Shown in pieces: positions 19,892 to 29,087 of a DNA stretch of 64,000 nt. Made by a program: the position numbers and the translations under genes. The notes below the pieces were generated by a model. That model did no database searches. It had not been told where the DNA came from and saw nothing but the letters and a program-made list of their open reading frames with translations. Each line of letters starts with the position of its first letter. Position 1 is the first letter of the stretch. The stretch lies in the NCBI GenBank assembly GCA_035533255.1, contig DATLUE010000028.1, positions 59-64,058 on the forward strand, in the 5' to 3' direction. The DNA is from Stellaceae bacterium (lineage in GTDB: Bacteria; Pseudomonadota; Alphaproteobacteria; ATCC43930; CGMCC-115725).

Positions 19892-19942
19892 AGCGCCGCG
19901 CGGCGCTCGCTATACCCGCCCGCACAAGGAGAAAACGAGTTC

Positions 19943-20365
19943 ATGGCGATTGAGCGTACCCTGTCGATCATCAAGCCGGACGCGACCCGGCGAAATCTCA
20001 CCGGCCAGATCAATGCCCGGTTCGAGGGCAAAGGCCTGCGGATCGTCGCACAAAAGCGGTTGCAGCTCACGCGCGCCCAGGCCGAAGGCTTTTACGCCGT
20101 GCATCGGGCGCGGCCGTTCTTCGGCGAGCTGGTCTCGTTCATGATCTCGGGGCCGGTCGTGGCCCAGGTGCTCGAGGGCGAGAACGCGGTCGCGGCCAAT
20201 CGCGTCATCATGGGTGCGACCGATCCCAAGAAGGCCGCGCCCGGCACCATCCGGCGCGATTTCGCGGAATCGATCGAAGCGAATTCGGTCCACGGCTCGG
20301 ATTCGGCGGAAAATGCCGCCACCGAGATCGCGTTCCTCTTTGCCGGGACCGAGATTTGCCCGTAA
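19943..20365 (+). CDS. ndk: nucleoside-diphosphate kinase
   Basis: 140 aa. [13 protein letters not shown] and NSVHGSDS motifs. Confidence 0.97.
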   Translation: MAIERTLSIIKPDATRRNLTGQINARFEGKGLRIVAQKRLQLTRAQAEGFYAVHRARPFFGELVSFMISGPVVAQVLEGENAVAANRVIMGATDPKKAAPGTIRRDFAESIEANSVHGSDSAENAATEIAFLFAGTEICP

Positions 20366-20448
20366 AAACCGACGCCCGCGGCCGGGTGCCTAGAAAATAA
20401 GCAATTGATATTTATCGGATTTTAGCCGTCTGGCCCTAAGACAGGCGC

Positions 20449-22074
20449 ATGAAGTTGCGTGCGCGTAAACAGGGAGCAGGCCGGCATGTCGGCGCGGACA
20501 TATCGCGCGCGGCCCCGCTGCGGTCGCGCCACCCGCCGCATCCCGGGCCGCAATTGTCGCGCGTGCAGGCGATCGCCGCGCTCGGCAGTTGGGAACTGGA
20601 TTTCGGCACCGGACGTTTGTCGCTCTCGGATGAGGCGCGCCGCATCTTCGGCTGGGGCAGCGCCGTGGTTCCGACCGTCGCCTTGATCCTGGCCTCGGTT
20701 CATCCCGACGATCGCGCCGCGCTGGCCTTGTGGCTATCGCCGCCGGAAGGCGGCAAGCCCAAGACCGAGGAATGCTTCTTCCGCCTCGCTGGCGACGAGC
20801 GCCGCGGCACGCTGATCTATGGCCGCAGCGGCGTCGCGCTGAGCCGGCGCGGCCGGCTCGAGCTGCTGGTCGGCATCGTCCAGGACATGACGCGGCTGGT
20901 CGAGATGGAGCGTGCCGCCCATCAGCAGGCCCAGTTCTATCGCGGCATTTTCGACAATTCGATCTGGGGCATTTTTCAGACCACGGCCGACGGTCATTAC
21001 CTGATGGCCAATCCGGCGCTCGCCCATATCTACGGCTATGAGACGCCGAACGCCTTGCTCTCGGCGCTCACCAATATCGGCGGCCAGCTCTATGTCGATC
21101 CGACGCGCCGCGATGCGTTCGTTGCGCAGATGCGCGCGCGCGGCGTGGTGTCGGGATTCGAATCGCAAATCCGCCGCCGCGACGGCAGCGTGATCTGGAT
21201 CTCGGAAAGCTGCCGCGAGGTGCGCGCGGCCGACGGGCGGTTCCTCTATTACGAAGGCATGGTCGAGGAGGTCACCGAGCGCAAGCGCGTCGAGGAAGAG
21301 CTGCGCGCCGCCAAGGAAGCGGCCGAGGCCGCCAACCGCGCGAAATCGGAATTCCTCGGCACCATGAGCCATGAGCTGCGCACGCCGCTCAATGCGATCA
21401 TCGGGTTTTCCGAAGTGATCTCGGGCGAGCTGCTCGGGCCGGTCGGCGTGCCGTCCTACAAGACCTATGCCGGCGATGTTCTCGCCAGCGGCCGGCATCT
21501 GCTGATGCTCATCAACGACATTCTCGACTTTGCGCGGGCCGAATCCGGCCGGCTGGCGCTGCGCGACGAGCCGCTCGACCTGCCGGTGCTGATCGAGGAC
21601 GCCGTGCGCTACATGGCGCCGCGCGCCGAAGCGGGCGGCGTCCGCCTGAGCGCCGATCTTGCCCATGTTCCGACGGGCATCCTCGGCGACGAAACGCGGC
21701 TGCGGCAGGTGCTGGTCAATCTGATCGGCAACGCGATCAAATTCACGCCGCGCGACGGCCGCGTCGATGTACGCGCGCTGACGAGCGCCGGCGGCGAGGC
21801 GCGGATCGAGATTCGCGACAGCGGCATCGGCATGTCCTCGGCCGATGTGGCGCGCGCTTTCGAGCCCTTCCATCAAGCCGATGCCAGCCACGCGCGCAAT
21901 CACGAGGGCACCGGCCTCGGCCTCGCGATCTGCGACCGGCTTATGCGGCTGCATGGCGGCCGCGTGCTGTTGATGAGCGAGCTGGGCCGCGGCACGGTAG
22001 CCACGGTGGTCATTCCCGCGGAGCGCAATCTCTCCGCCTCGGGGTCGGGCAATCGGGCGCGCCTGAGCGCTTAG
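20449..22074 (+). CDS. cytoplasmic PAS-domain sensor histidine kinase
   Basis: 541 aa. Two PAS-like segments, H-box FLGTMSHELRTPLN, N-box NLIGNAIKFT and G-boxes DSGIGM and GTGLGLAI. No TM segment and no adjacent response regulator. The exact start is uncertain. Confidence 0.85.
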   Translation: MKLRARKQGAGRHVGADISRAAPLRSRHPPHPGPQLSRVQAIAALGSWELDFGTGRLSLSDEARRIFGWGSAVVPTVALILASVHPDDRAALALWLSPPEGGKPKTEECFFRLAGDERRGTLIYGRSGVALSRRGRLELLVGIVQDMTRLVEMERAAHQQAQFYRGIFDNSIWGIFQTTADGHYLMANPALAHIYGYETPNALLSALTNIGGQLYVDPTRRDAFVAQMRARGVVSGFESQIRRRDGSVIWISESCREVRAADGRFLYYEGMVEEVTERKRVEEELRAAKEAAEAANRAKSEFLGTMSHELRTPLNAIIGFSEVISGELLGPVGVPSYKTYAGDVLASGRHLLMLINDILDFARAESGRLALRDEPLDLPVLIEDAVRYMAPRAEAGGVRLSADLAHVPTGILGDETRLRQVLVNLIGNAIKFTPRDGRVDVRALTSAGGEARIEIRDSGIGMSSADVARAFEPFHQADASHARNHEGTGLGLAICDRLMRLHGGRVLLMSELGRGTVATVVIPAERNLSASGSGNRARLSA

Positions 22075-22095
22075 AGAGCGTAGCACAGGCGAGGG

Positions 22096-22243
22096 CCGAA
22101 TCTTTAGGCGGTCGACTCCGTTCACGCGCTCCTCGCGCGTGAACCCGAAGGGGCCGATCGCGAAGAGCGGTCGGCCGGGTCGACCGTCGTGCGGAGCCAC
22201 TTCTTAAGAGGCTTCGCAAGACGCCGTCGCCCTAAAGATTCGG
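22096..22243 (+). ncRNA. candidate structured RNA / multi-hairpin intergenic element
   Basis: A 13-bp closing stem (22096-22108 with 22231-22243) encloses a 7-bp stem (22110-22116 with 22179-22185). Inside are two 10-bp hairpins (22120-22144 and 22152-22176) and an 8-bp hairpin (22191-22217). The G-T pairs are wobble-compatible only on the + strand. Confidence 0.3.
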
Positions 22244-22266
22244 GCGCCGGCTTTGCTGCGCTCGGT

Positions 22267-22389
22267 TCAGGCGACGAAGACCGCCAGTCCGACCAAAATC
22301 AGGATGACCAAGCCCAAGGTCCAGCGCATCAGCCGGGCAAAGCCCAGCCAGGTCGCGCGGTGACGGTCAAATTCAAGATCGACGGCCAT
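22267..22389 (-). CDS. possible 40-aa single-TM small protein
   Basis: MAVDLEFDRHRATWLGFARLMRWTLGLVILILVGLAVFVA. Its ATG lies 2 nt after the stop of the upstream membrane glycosyltransferase-like gene. No homology recognised. Confidence 0.35.
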   Translation of the reverse strand: MAVDLEFDRHRATWLGFARLMRWTLGLVILILVGLAVFVA

Positions 22390-22391
22390 TC

Positions 22392-23549
22392 CTAGACACC
22401 TTTCGCATCGGCTTCGGCGCCGCTGGTATAGCCAAAGCGGCGCGCTTGGCAAGCCTCGCCGCGGGGCGGAGCAAGGGCATGCGACAGCAGGATCGCGTAA
22501 AACGGCAGCCACCAGAGCTGGTAATTGTGATGCGCGCCGGGCCCCGCCAGGATCGATGCGATGCCGAGCATGGCGGCGATGCCGCTGCGCGCGGCAATCG
22601 GCGGGTTGCTGCGCCAGACGTAAAGCGCCGCTGCCACCATGCCGGCAGCCAAGACGACATGCGCTACGGTCGCGATCGCGGGCGGGAGGGCATGCAGCCA
22701 GCTCGTATCGTCGGGAAAGCGGGCGAGGTTGAACAGCACGATGTTGTCGATGAAGCTGCGCGGCCCGGCGATCAGGAAGGGCAGGATCGGCAGCAAGCCG
22801 ACCGCCACGCCTGCGGCATAATGGCCGCGCCGCTCGGCAGGGATGAGCGCCGGCAGCATCGCCGCGCCCGGCAGCAGCTTGGTCGAGATCGACAATCCAA
22901 CGCAGACGCCGCACCAAAAGCTGCTGCGCCCGACCAGCGCCAAGCCGGCCAGCAGCGGCAGGACCGCAGCCAGATCGGTCGCGCCTTTGGCGAAGATTTG
23001 CTCGGCGACCAGCGGCAGCATCAGCAGCAGCAGCGGCGCGAGCCGCGCGCCGGCGAGCTGTCGCATCAACGCCAGGCAGCCGAGCAGCAGTACCAGATTG
23101 GTCAGCAGCACGCCGCGCTCGCCCAAGCTTGCCCCGAGCGGCAGATAGGCGGCGATCATCGCCGGCAGATATTTGTAGCCGGTGAAGCCGGCCGCTTCGG
23201 GCCCGGTATCGATCGGCAGCGCATACGGATTCGCGCCGTGCAGCAGCGCCTGGCCGGCGGCGAGGGTCGTGGTCGCGATGTCGATGACATGCGGCGCGAC
23301 GATGCGTGCGCCGAAATAGGCGAGGTTGAGCGCGAGGCATAGCCAGAACGCGATCGCGACGGTGCGGGCGAGCGCAGGCGCAAGCGGCGCCACGGGCTTG
23401 CGCGCGGCGGCGAGCGCGAACGGCACCGCGGCGAGCACCAGCAGCATCACCACGGCTTTGGGAACGCCGCTGCCCCAGTTGAAGGTCTGGATGAGGCCGA
23501 TCGCGAGCCAGAACAGAATGATCGCGCCGAGCTTTGCGATCGTGCTCAC
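22392..23549 (-). CDS. polytopic membrane protein, DUF2029/GT87-like glycosyltransferase (recollection-based)
   Basis: 385 aa from GTG 23549, which overlaps the purN stop as GTGA. Many TM helices. The FTGYKYLPAMIAAYLPL segment resembles the DUF2029 family motif. Confidence 0.72.
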   Translation of the reverse strand: MSTIAKLGAIILFWLAIGLIQTFNWGSGVPKAVVMLLVLAAVPFALAAARKPVAPLAPALARTVAIAFWLCLALNLAYFGARIVAPHVIDIATTTLAAGQALLHGANPYALPIDTGPEAAGFTGYKYLPAMIAAYLPLGASLGERGVLLTNLVLLLGCLALMRQLAGARLAPLLLLMLPLVAEQIFAKGATDLAAVLPLLAGLALVGRSSFWCGVCVGLSISTKLLPGAAMLPALIPAERRGHYAAGVAVGLLPILPFLIAGPRSFIDNIVLFNLARFPDDTSWLHALPPAIATVAHVVLAAGMVAAALYVWRSNPPIAARSGIAAMLGIASILAGPGAHHNYQLWWLPFYAILLSHALAPPRGEACQARRFGYTSGAEADAKGV

Positions 23550-24208
23550 GCCTGGCTTTCGTCCGAAGGGTTGAGCAGCGTCGCGATCCTGCCGGCGGCG
23601 CCGGCGATGGCGACGCGCTCGCCGACGATCTTCACGCGGCCTTCGCCCATGAGGCGCAGGGCGAGGGGATAGGCGCGGTGCTCGGCGGCGAGTACACGCG
23701 CGGCGAGCGTCGCCGCGTCGTCGCCCGGCAGCACCGGCACCGCTGCCTGGACGACGATCGGGCCGTGGTCCATCTCGGCGCGCACGAAATGCACTGTGCA
23801 GCCGGCGAAGCGCACGCCTGCGGCCAGCGCTCGCGCATGGGTGTCGAGCCCCGGGAAGGCCGGCAGCAGCGAGGGATGGATGTTGATGAGCCGGTCGCGC
23901 CACTGCGCAACGAAGCCCGCGGTGAGTAGCCGCATGAATCCCGCAAGGCAGACGAGCTCGATTTGCGCCGCTTGGAGCGCTGCGGTGATCGCGGCATCGA
24001 AAGCCTCGCGGCTCGGATAATCACGATGCGGAATGACCGTCGTCGGGATATTCGCCTGTGCCGCACGCTGCAAGCCTGCCGCGTCGCCGCGGTTGCTGAT
24101 GACGAGCTTGATCTCGGCGGGAAAATCCGCGGCAGCACAGGCGCGGATCAAGGCGTCGAGATTGGTGCCGCGGCCCGAGATCAGGACCGCGATCTTCAGC
24201 CGGGCCAC
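23546..24208 (-). CDS. purN: phosphoribosylglycinamide formyltransferase
   Basis: 220 aa. [16 protein letters not shown] and HFV..MDHGPI motifs. Confidence 0.95.
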   Translation of the reverse strand: MARLKIAVLISGRGTNLDALIRACAAADFPAEIKLVISNRGDAAGLQRAAQANIPTTVIPHRDYPSREAFDAAITAALQAAQIELVCLAGFMRLLTAGFVAQWRDRLINIHPSLLPAFPGLDTHARALAAGVRFAGCTVHFVRAEMDHGPIVVQAAVPVLPGDDAATLAARVLAAEHRAYPLALRLMGEGRVKIVGERVAIAGAAGRIATLLNPSDESQA

Positions 24209-25260
24209 GCGCTCTCCGTCCCGCGCAGGATGGTGCCTTCATTGCCGGGAGGACGCTTGACGATGTGCCCGATCTCGACGACGCGCTCGCCGGCTTGCTC
24301 CATCGCCGCGCGTGCCGCATCCACGGACGCGGGTGCGACGATCGCGATCATGCCGATGCCGCAATTGAAGGTGCGCGCCATCTCGTCGCGCGCGATCGAC
24401 GCGCTCTCGGCGAGCCAGCGGAACACCGGCGGCAGGGGCCAGCGGGTCGCATCGAGCTCGGCGGCGAGATGATCGGGCAGCACGCGCGGGATGTTGTCGA
24501 TGAGGCCGCCGCCGGTGATATGCGCGAAGGCATGGACGCCGCCCGACTTTATCGCCGCGCGGCAGGCATTGACGTAGAGCCGCGTCGGCACCAGCAGCGC
24601 CTCGGCAAGGCTGATGCCGGGCGCGAACGGCGCGGGCGCCGCATAATCGTAGCCGCCGACCTCGACGACGCGCCGCACCAGCGAAAAGCCGTTGGAATGC
24701 AGTCCGCTCGACGCCAGGCCGAGTACGATATCGCCGGCCGCGACCTGCCTGCCGTCGAGCGCCTGGCCGCGCTCCACCGCGCCGACCGCGAAGCCGGCGA
24801 GATCGTAATCGCCCTTGGCATAAAGGCCGGGCATCTCGGCGGTCTCGCCGCCGATCAGCGCGCAGCCGACCTCTTGGCAGGCGCGGGCGATGCCGGCGAC
24901 GATTTCGGTCGCCTTCGCGACCTCGAGCTTGCCGGTCGCGAAATAGTCGAGAAAGAACAGCGGCTCGGCGCCCTGCACCACCAGATCGTTGACGCACATC
25001 GCCACCAAATCCTGGCCGATGGCCGCGTGGCGGTTGGCGGCGATCGCGATCTTCAATTTGGTGCCGACGCCGTCGGTGGTTGCCAAGAGGATCGGGTCGC
25101 GGAAGCCAGCGGCTTTGAGATCGAACAGCGCGGCGAAACCGCCAAGCCCGGCATCGCAGCCCGCGCGCGCGGTCGCCTTGGCGAGCGGCTTGATCGCCTC
25201 GACCAGCGCGTCGCCGGCATCGATGTCGACGCCGGCGGAACGATAGCTCTCGCCGCTCAT
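24196..25260 (-). CDS. purM: phosphoribosylformylglycinamidine cyclo-ligase (AIR synthetase)
   Basis: 354 aa from [16 protein letters not shown] inside track ORF 24196-25359. DGVGTKL and [11 protein letters not shown] motifs. Confidence 0.95.
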   Translation of the reverse strand: MSGESYRSAGVDIDAGDALVEAIKPLAKATARAGCDAGLGGFAALFDLKAAGFRDPILLATTDGVGTKLKIAIAANRHAAIGQDLVAMCVNDLVVQGAEPLFFLDYFATGKLEVAKATEIVAGIARACQEVGCALIGGETAEMPGLYAKGDYDLAGFAVGAVERGQALDGRQVAAGDIVLGLASSGLHSNGFSLVRRVVEVGGYDYAAPAPFAPGISLAEALLVPTRLYVNACRAAIKSGGVHAFAHITGGGLIDNIPRVLPDHLAAELDATRWPLPPVFRWLAESASIARDEMARTFNCGIGMIAIVAPASVDAARAAMEQAGERVVEIGHIVKRPPGNEGTILRGTESAWPG

Positions 25261-25985
25261 TTCGCCCCTTTTGCCGCGCAGCCGAGGAGGATGCCGGTCA
25301 ACGCGTCGGGCAGGTCGAGCATCACGTTGTGGCCGCAGGGCACTTCGAAATACTGCCATTTCGGATCGCTGCGCGCTTGGTCGGCGAATTGCGCGAAGGT
25401 CGGCCGCGGCTGGCCCGCGGCGCGGATGTAGACCAGATGCGGAATGTTCTTCCAGGCACCGGTGACGGATGATTTCTGGTCCATGGTCGCGATCGGCTGG
25501 TCGACGGCGCGGCGGTCGAGCCGCGCGATATCGTCGCTGCCCTGGACGCGGAATTCGCTAGCGGAGATGCGGGCGATCCGCCAGCCATCCTTGGCGCTTG
25601 CGCGCTGCGCGGCGGCGGCCTCTAGCGGCAGGAAATCCCACAGCGATTTGCCGGCCTCGGGAATGAACGCGTCGAGATAGACCAGCGACGCGATCTTTTG
25701 CGGCACGCGGTCGGCCGCGCCGCCGACCACCATCCCGCCATAGGAATGGCCGCACAGAATGACGTTATCGAGCTCATGATGCTCGATCACGCCGGTCACA
25801 TCGGCGATGTGGGTCTCGAGATCGACCTCCGGGCCGGCGAGATGCGCGCGCTCGCCGAGGCCGGTGAGCGACGGCGTATAGACGCGATGGCCGGCGGCGC
25901 GCAGCCGGTCGGCGACGCGCTCCCACACCCAACTGCCCTGCCAGGCGCCGTGGACGAGAACGAAGGTCGCGGGCGAAGCGCTCAC
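25257..25985 (-). CDS. alpha/beta hydrolase (methylesterase-like)
   Basis: 242 aa from GTG 25985, which overlaps the upstream stop as [18 protein letters not shown], with the nucleophile elbow GHSYGG. Its stop overlaps the purM ATG (ATGA). Confidence 0.8.
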   Translation of the reverse strand: MSASPATFVLVHGAWQGSWVWERVADRLRAAGHRVYTPSLTGLGERAHLAGPEVDLETHIADVTGVIEHHELDNVILCGHSYGGMVVGGAADRVPQKIASLVYLDAFIPEAGKSLWDFLPLEAAAAQRASAKDGWRIARISASEFRVQGSDDIARLDRRAVDQPIATMDQKSSVTGAWKNIPHLVYIRAAGQPRPTFAQFADQARSDPKWQYFEVPCGHNVMLDLPDALTGILLGCAAKGAK

Positions 25986-26974
25986 GCGAATGCCATGTTC
26001 AAGAGCTTCTCGGCGTTGCGCCGCGTGATCGCCTCGCGGAGCGGCCGCTCGAAATCGCGCGCCTCGATCGCGTCGGTGTGCAGCTTGATCGGGCCGAAGG
26101 GCGCGTCGGACGCAAACACCATCTTGTCCTGGCCGAAGAATTTGAGCGCGCAATCGAGGCCGAGCGAATCGCCGAACAGCGCGGTGTCGGCATAGAAATC
26201 GTGGAAATAATCCATGAACGGCCGCTTCAAGGATTTCAGCACGCCGCTGTAATCTTCTTCCTTGGTGCGTCCGCCGAGGCTCGCGAGCCCGTGCTCCATG
26301 CGCTTGTCGTAGAACGGGATCATGCCGCCGCCGTGATGGGTGATGACCTTGATGCCGGGATGGCGGTCGAAGAGGCCGGTGAACACCAGCCGCGCCATCG
26401 CGACCGAGGTCTCGTAGGGCCAGCCGAAGCACCACCACATCTCGTAGCGCGAGAATTTCTCGCTGGTGTAGTCGGGGAAATCCGCGGTCCGCGTCGGGTG
26501 CAGCCAGACCGGCAGATCGTATTGCGCGGCGAGCGCGAACAGCGGCGCGTAGTCCGCAGCGTCGATCGGCTTGCCGTTGACGTTGGTGAAGAGCTGGATG
26601 CCCTTGGCGCCGAGCTGGTCGATCGCGCGCTTGGCCTCGGCGAGCGACGGCTCGATCTCGTGCATCGGCAGCGCCGCGACGAACGCCGGGAAGCGGTCGG
26701 GATGCTTGCGGACGAGGTCGGCCATGCCGTCATTGGCGACCTGCGCCAGCTCGATCGCCTGTTTCGGCGTGGTGAAGGCCTCGATCGGCGGGTTGGGCAG
26801 CGATATGATCTGCCGGTAATCCTTGATCCGGTCCATCGACCGAAAGCGCGACTCGATGTCGTGCACGTCGCGCACCGCCTTCATGCGCTTGGCGATGCCG
26901 AGGTCCGAGCCCAACTGCTCGATTGCGGCGGCGACCGCCGGCGGCAGGATATGCGTGTAGATATCGATGAACAT
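25982..26974 (-). CDS. amidohydrolase-2 (ACMSD-like) family protein
   Basis: 330 aa from MFIDIYTHILPP. Contains LHPTRT, ITHHGGGMIP and VFASDAPF segments typical of amidohydrolase_2 decarboxylases/hydratases. Confidence 0.85.
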   Translation of the reverse strand: MFIDIYTHILPPAVAAAIEQLGSDLGIAKRMKAVRDVHDIESRFRSMDRIKDYRQIISLPNPPIEAFTTPKQAIELAQVANDGMADLVRKHPDRFPAFVAALPMHEIEPSLAEAKRAIDQLGAKGIQLFTNVNGKPIDAADYAPLFALAAQYDLPVWLHPTRTADFPDYTSEKFSRYEMWWCFGWPYETSVAMARLVFTGLFDRHPGIKVITHHGGGMIPFYDKRMEHGLASLGGRTKEEDYSGVLKSLKRPFMDYFHDFYADTALFGDSLGLDCALKFFGQDKMVFASDAPFGPIKLHTDAIEARDFERPLREAITRRNAEKLLNMAFA

Positions 26975-27110
26975 GGCGCGCGCCTCGATTTTTCTTGTCG
27001 CCGTCAGTCTAGTCCGCGCCGCTGGCCGCCTCAACGCCGGAGACGGCATGGCGGCGCTGGACTTCTCGCGCGCGGGCTGCGACAAAGTCGCATCCCAGGG
27101 AGGGAACCCG

Positions 27111-28070
27111 ATGCGCGTGACATGGATGATTCTGGCCGCTTGCGTCGTTCTGTCGGCGATGCCGGCGCTCGCCGCCGACAAGATCGTGACCGGCTTCGTC
27201 GGCGCGCCGACCGCGAATGGCTGGCCGTGGTTCGTCGGCATGGCCAAAGGCTATTTCGCCGATGCCGGCATCGAGATCGACCCGATCTTCGCGCCGAGCG
27301 CGCCCGGCAACATTCAGCAGGTGAGCGCGGGGTCGCTCGACATCGTCTCGGGCTCCGGCCTCACCGACCCGCTCTATGCGATCGCGAAAGGCGCGCCGAT
27401 CGCGATCGCGCGCGTGATCAGCCTCGCCAATCCTTACGCGCTGGTGGCGCAAAAGAACATCGCGTCGATCAAAGGCCTCAAAGGGAAGACGATTGTGATC
27501 GGCGGCCTTGCCGATATCACGCGGGTCTATTTCGACCGCATGATGGCGGGCAATGGCTTGAAGCCGGGCGATTACGACCTCACCATCATCGGCGCGACGC
27601 CGGGGCGCTTTGCGGCTTTGCGCTCGGGCGCGGCCGATGCGGCGCTGCTGATCCCGCCGCTTCTGTTCCAGGCCGAGCATCTGGGCTTCAACAATATCGG
27701 CTTCGCTTACGATTACACCAAGGATTTGCCGTTCGGCGGCATGGTGGTGAATCGCAACTGGGCGGCGCAGCACATGGCTGCGCTACACCGCCTGATGCCG
27801 GCCTATGCCAAGAGCCTCGCCTGGTTCCTCGACGACAAAAATCGCGCCGAGGCGATCGCGATCCTGCAGAAAGCGAGCAATCTCCCGCAGGAAGAAGTCG
27901 CGGAAAGCTGGGACCTGACGCGCAAGATTCCGTTATTTGAAACGACGGGCAAGGTCTCGAAGACGCTCATCGGCAATCTGATGAAGGTGCTGATCGCGAT
28001 GGGCCAACTCTCGGTCCCGATCCCGATGGAGAAGATCGCGCTCGCTGGCGTGACGCAGATCGGGGATTAG
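27111..28070 (+). CDS. ABC-type substrate-binding protein (NMT1/SsuA/TauA-like), orphan
   Basis: 319 aa from ATG 27111, with GGGAGGGA upstream. Signal peptide MRVTWMILAACVVLSAMPALAA. No permease or ATPase adjacent. Confidence 0.78.
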   Translation: MRVTWMILAACVVLSAMPALAADKIVTGFVGAPTANGWPWFVGMAKGYFADAGIEIDPIFAPSAPGNIQQVSAGSLDIVSGSGLTDPLYAIAKGAPIAIARVISLANPYALVAQKNIASIKGLKGKTIVIGGLADITRVYFDRMMAGNGLKPGDYDLTIIGATPGRFAALRSGAADAALLIPPLLFQAEHLGFNNIGFAYDYTKDLPFGGMVVNRNWAAQHMAALHRLMPAYAKSLAWFLDDKNRAEAIAILQKASNLPQEEVAESWDLTRKIPLFETTGKVSKTLIGNLMKVLIAMGQLSVPIPMEKIALAGVTQIGD

Positions 28071-28072
28071 GA

Positions 28073-28981
28073 CTAATCTGCCTCTCGTCCGATAATCGTG
28101 CTGCTGTCGGAAAGTCTGAGGCTGGCGGCAGGGATGTTCCCTTCTTCCGGCCGGATTGGAGCTGGCGTCGATCTCATTAAATCGTAGATGAACCGCGTTT
28201 GATGGTGCGTATTGGGATCGGTCGGGAAAGTGTAATCGATGCACCCAACGACAGACAATGAGATGGATTTCTTGTCTCCACTAACGAGCATCCCCTTAGT
28301 GATGTCATCTTGGCTCGCAGATATGCCAACGCTATATGCACCCAAGCCCATAGCGCTAGGGAAGACTTCATCAGGAAAAAGAGCAAACCCGCCAGCGATT
28401 TGAGTCTGACGAAGCTCGTCGCATTTTTGTAGTTGGGCTTGCCAAGGGAACGGGCCGCCCTCCTTCAACACGATCAGCCACGCATGTATCGTGATTTTTA
28501 TTGCGGGCGTATTTCCGATGTTGTGAATTTTGAAGGACACGGCTGTGCTTGCGTTGTTTTCGTCGAAATGTAGAGGCTGGGCACCAATAGAGACTTCGGC
28601 TCGTATCCACGCCCTTTGACTAGCTTTCAAGGTCCTGTCGGCCACTTCGAATGCATTTTTCGCGGCGTCTGCAGAGTTTTTTGCAGATTGAGCAGTGCTC
28701 GCGGCAATTTGCTCAGCCCTATTCAGTAAATTCAACTGAACGATGCCTGCAAACGCCAGTACAGCACTGAAAACGACTAGAAAAAGGGTGAACACGGAGA
28801 TAGAATCGGGAAACCATCTTTCCCATAAAGTTTTGGTCCCTTTCTCGATAACCGGTTCTGCTCCGTTGTTTGCGTCGGTTTGTTGCTGGCTGGGGTTGGA
28901 GGATGGTTGTGAAAAAACAATCGCTCCGGTAACGGCCAACACGAAAACAACCGCGGCAGCGAGCGCGATCCATCGGAACAT
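28073..28981 (-). CDS. hypothetical two-TM membrane protein in a low-G+C patch
   Basis: 302 aa. Two N-terminal TM helices, an Ala/Ser/Asn-rich helical stretch and then a beta-rich domain. Sampled 60-nt lines give 47-52 percent G+C against about 70 percent in the flanks. Confidence 0.6.
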   Translation of the reverse strand: MFRWIALAAAVVFVLAVTGAIVFSQPSSNPSQQQTDANNGAEPVIEKGTKTLWERWFPDSISVFTLFLVVFSAVLAFAGIVQLNLLNRAEQIAASTAQSAKNSADAAKNAFEVADRTLKASQRAWIRAEVSIGAQPLHFDENNASTAVSFKIHNIGNTPAIKITIHAWLIVLKEGGPFPWQAQLQKCDELRQTQIAGGFALFPDEVFPSAMGLGAYSVGISASQDDITKGMLVSGDKKSISLSVVGCIDYTFPTDPNTHHQTRFIYDLMRSTPAPIRPEEGNIPAASLRLSDSSTIIGREAD

Positions 28982-29087
28982 CGTAAGTCCCCTTGATGGC
29001 TTTGTCGAAAATAATCGGCGTTCTCACGAACGTGGTATCAGAAGAGTCTGGGAGAATCGCGCTCGTAGTAACATCGGCTGCAGGTCC

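Noticed and set aside
19892-19907. A perfect 16-nt palindrome AGCGCCGCGCGGCGCT directly after the holC stop, considered as a terminator.
   Set aside because: There is no T-tract and ndk follows 36 nt later. It could be an RNA hairpin, but a terminator call is not supported.
22096-22243. The structured element as a retron msr/msd, a group II intron fragment or a split tmRNA.
   Set aside because: There is no reverse transcriptase, intron ORF or tag-peptide reading frame nearby. Only the generic feature of a long closing stem is shared.
28063-28079. GATTAGGACTAATC at the edge of the low-G+C orphan gene shares ATTAGGAC with the transposon end repeat.
   Set aside because: Only 8 nt are shared and there is no partner copy on the other side of the patch. 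Chance is the most likely explanation.
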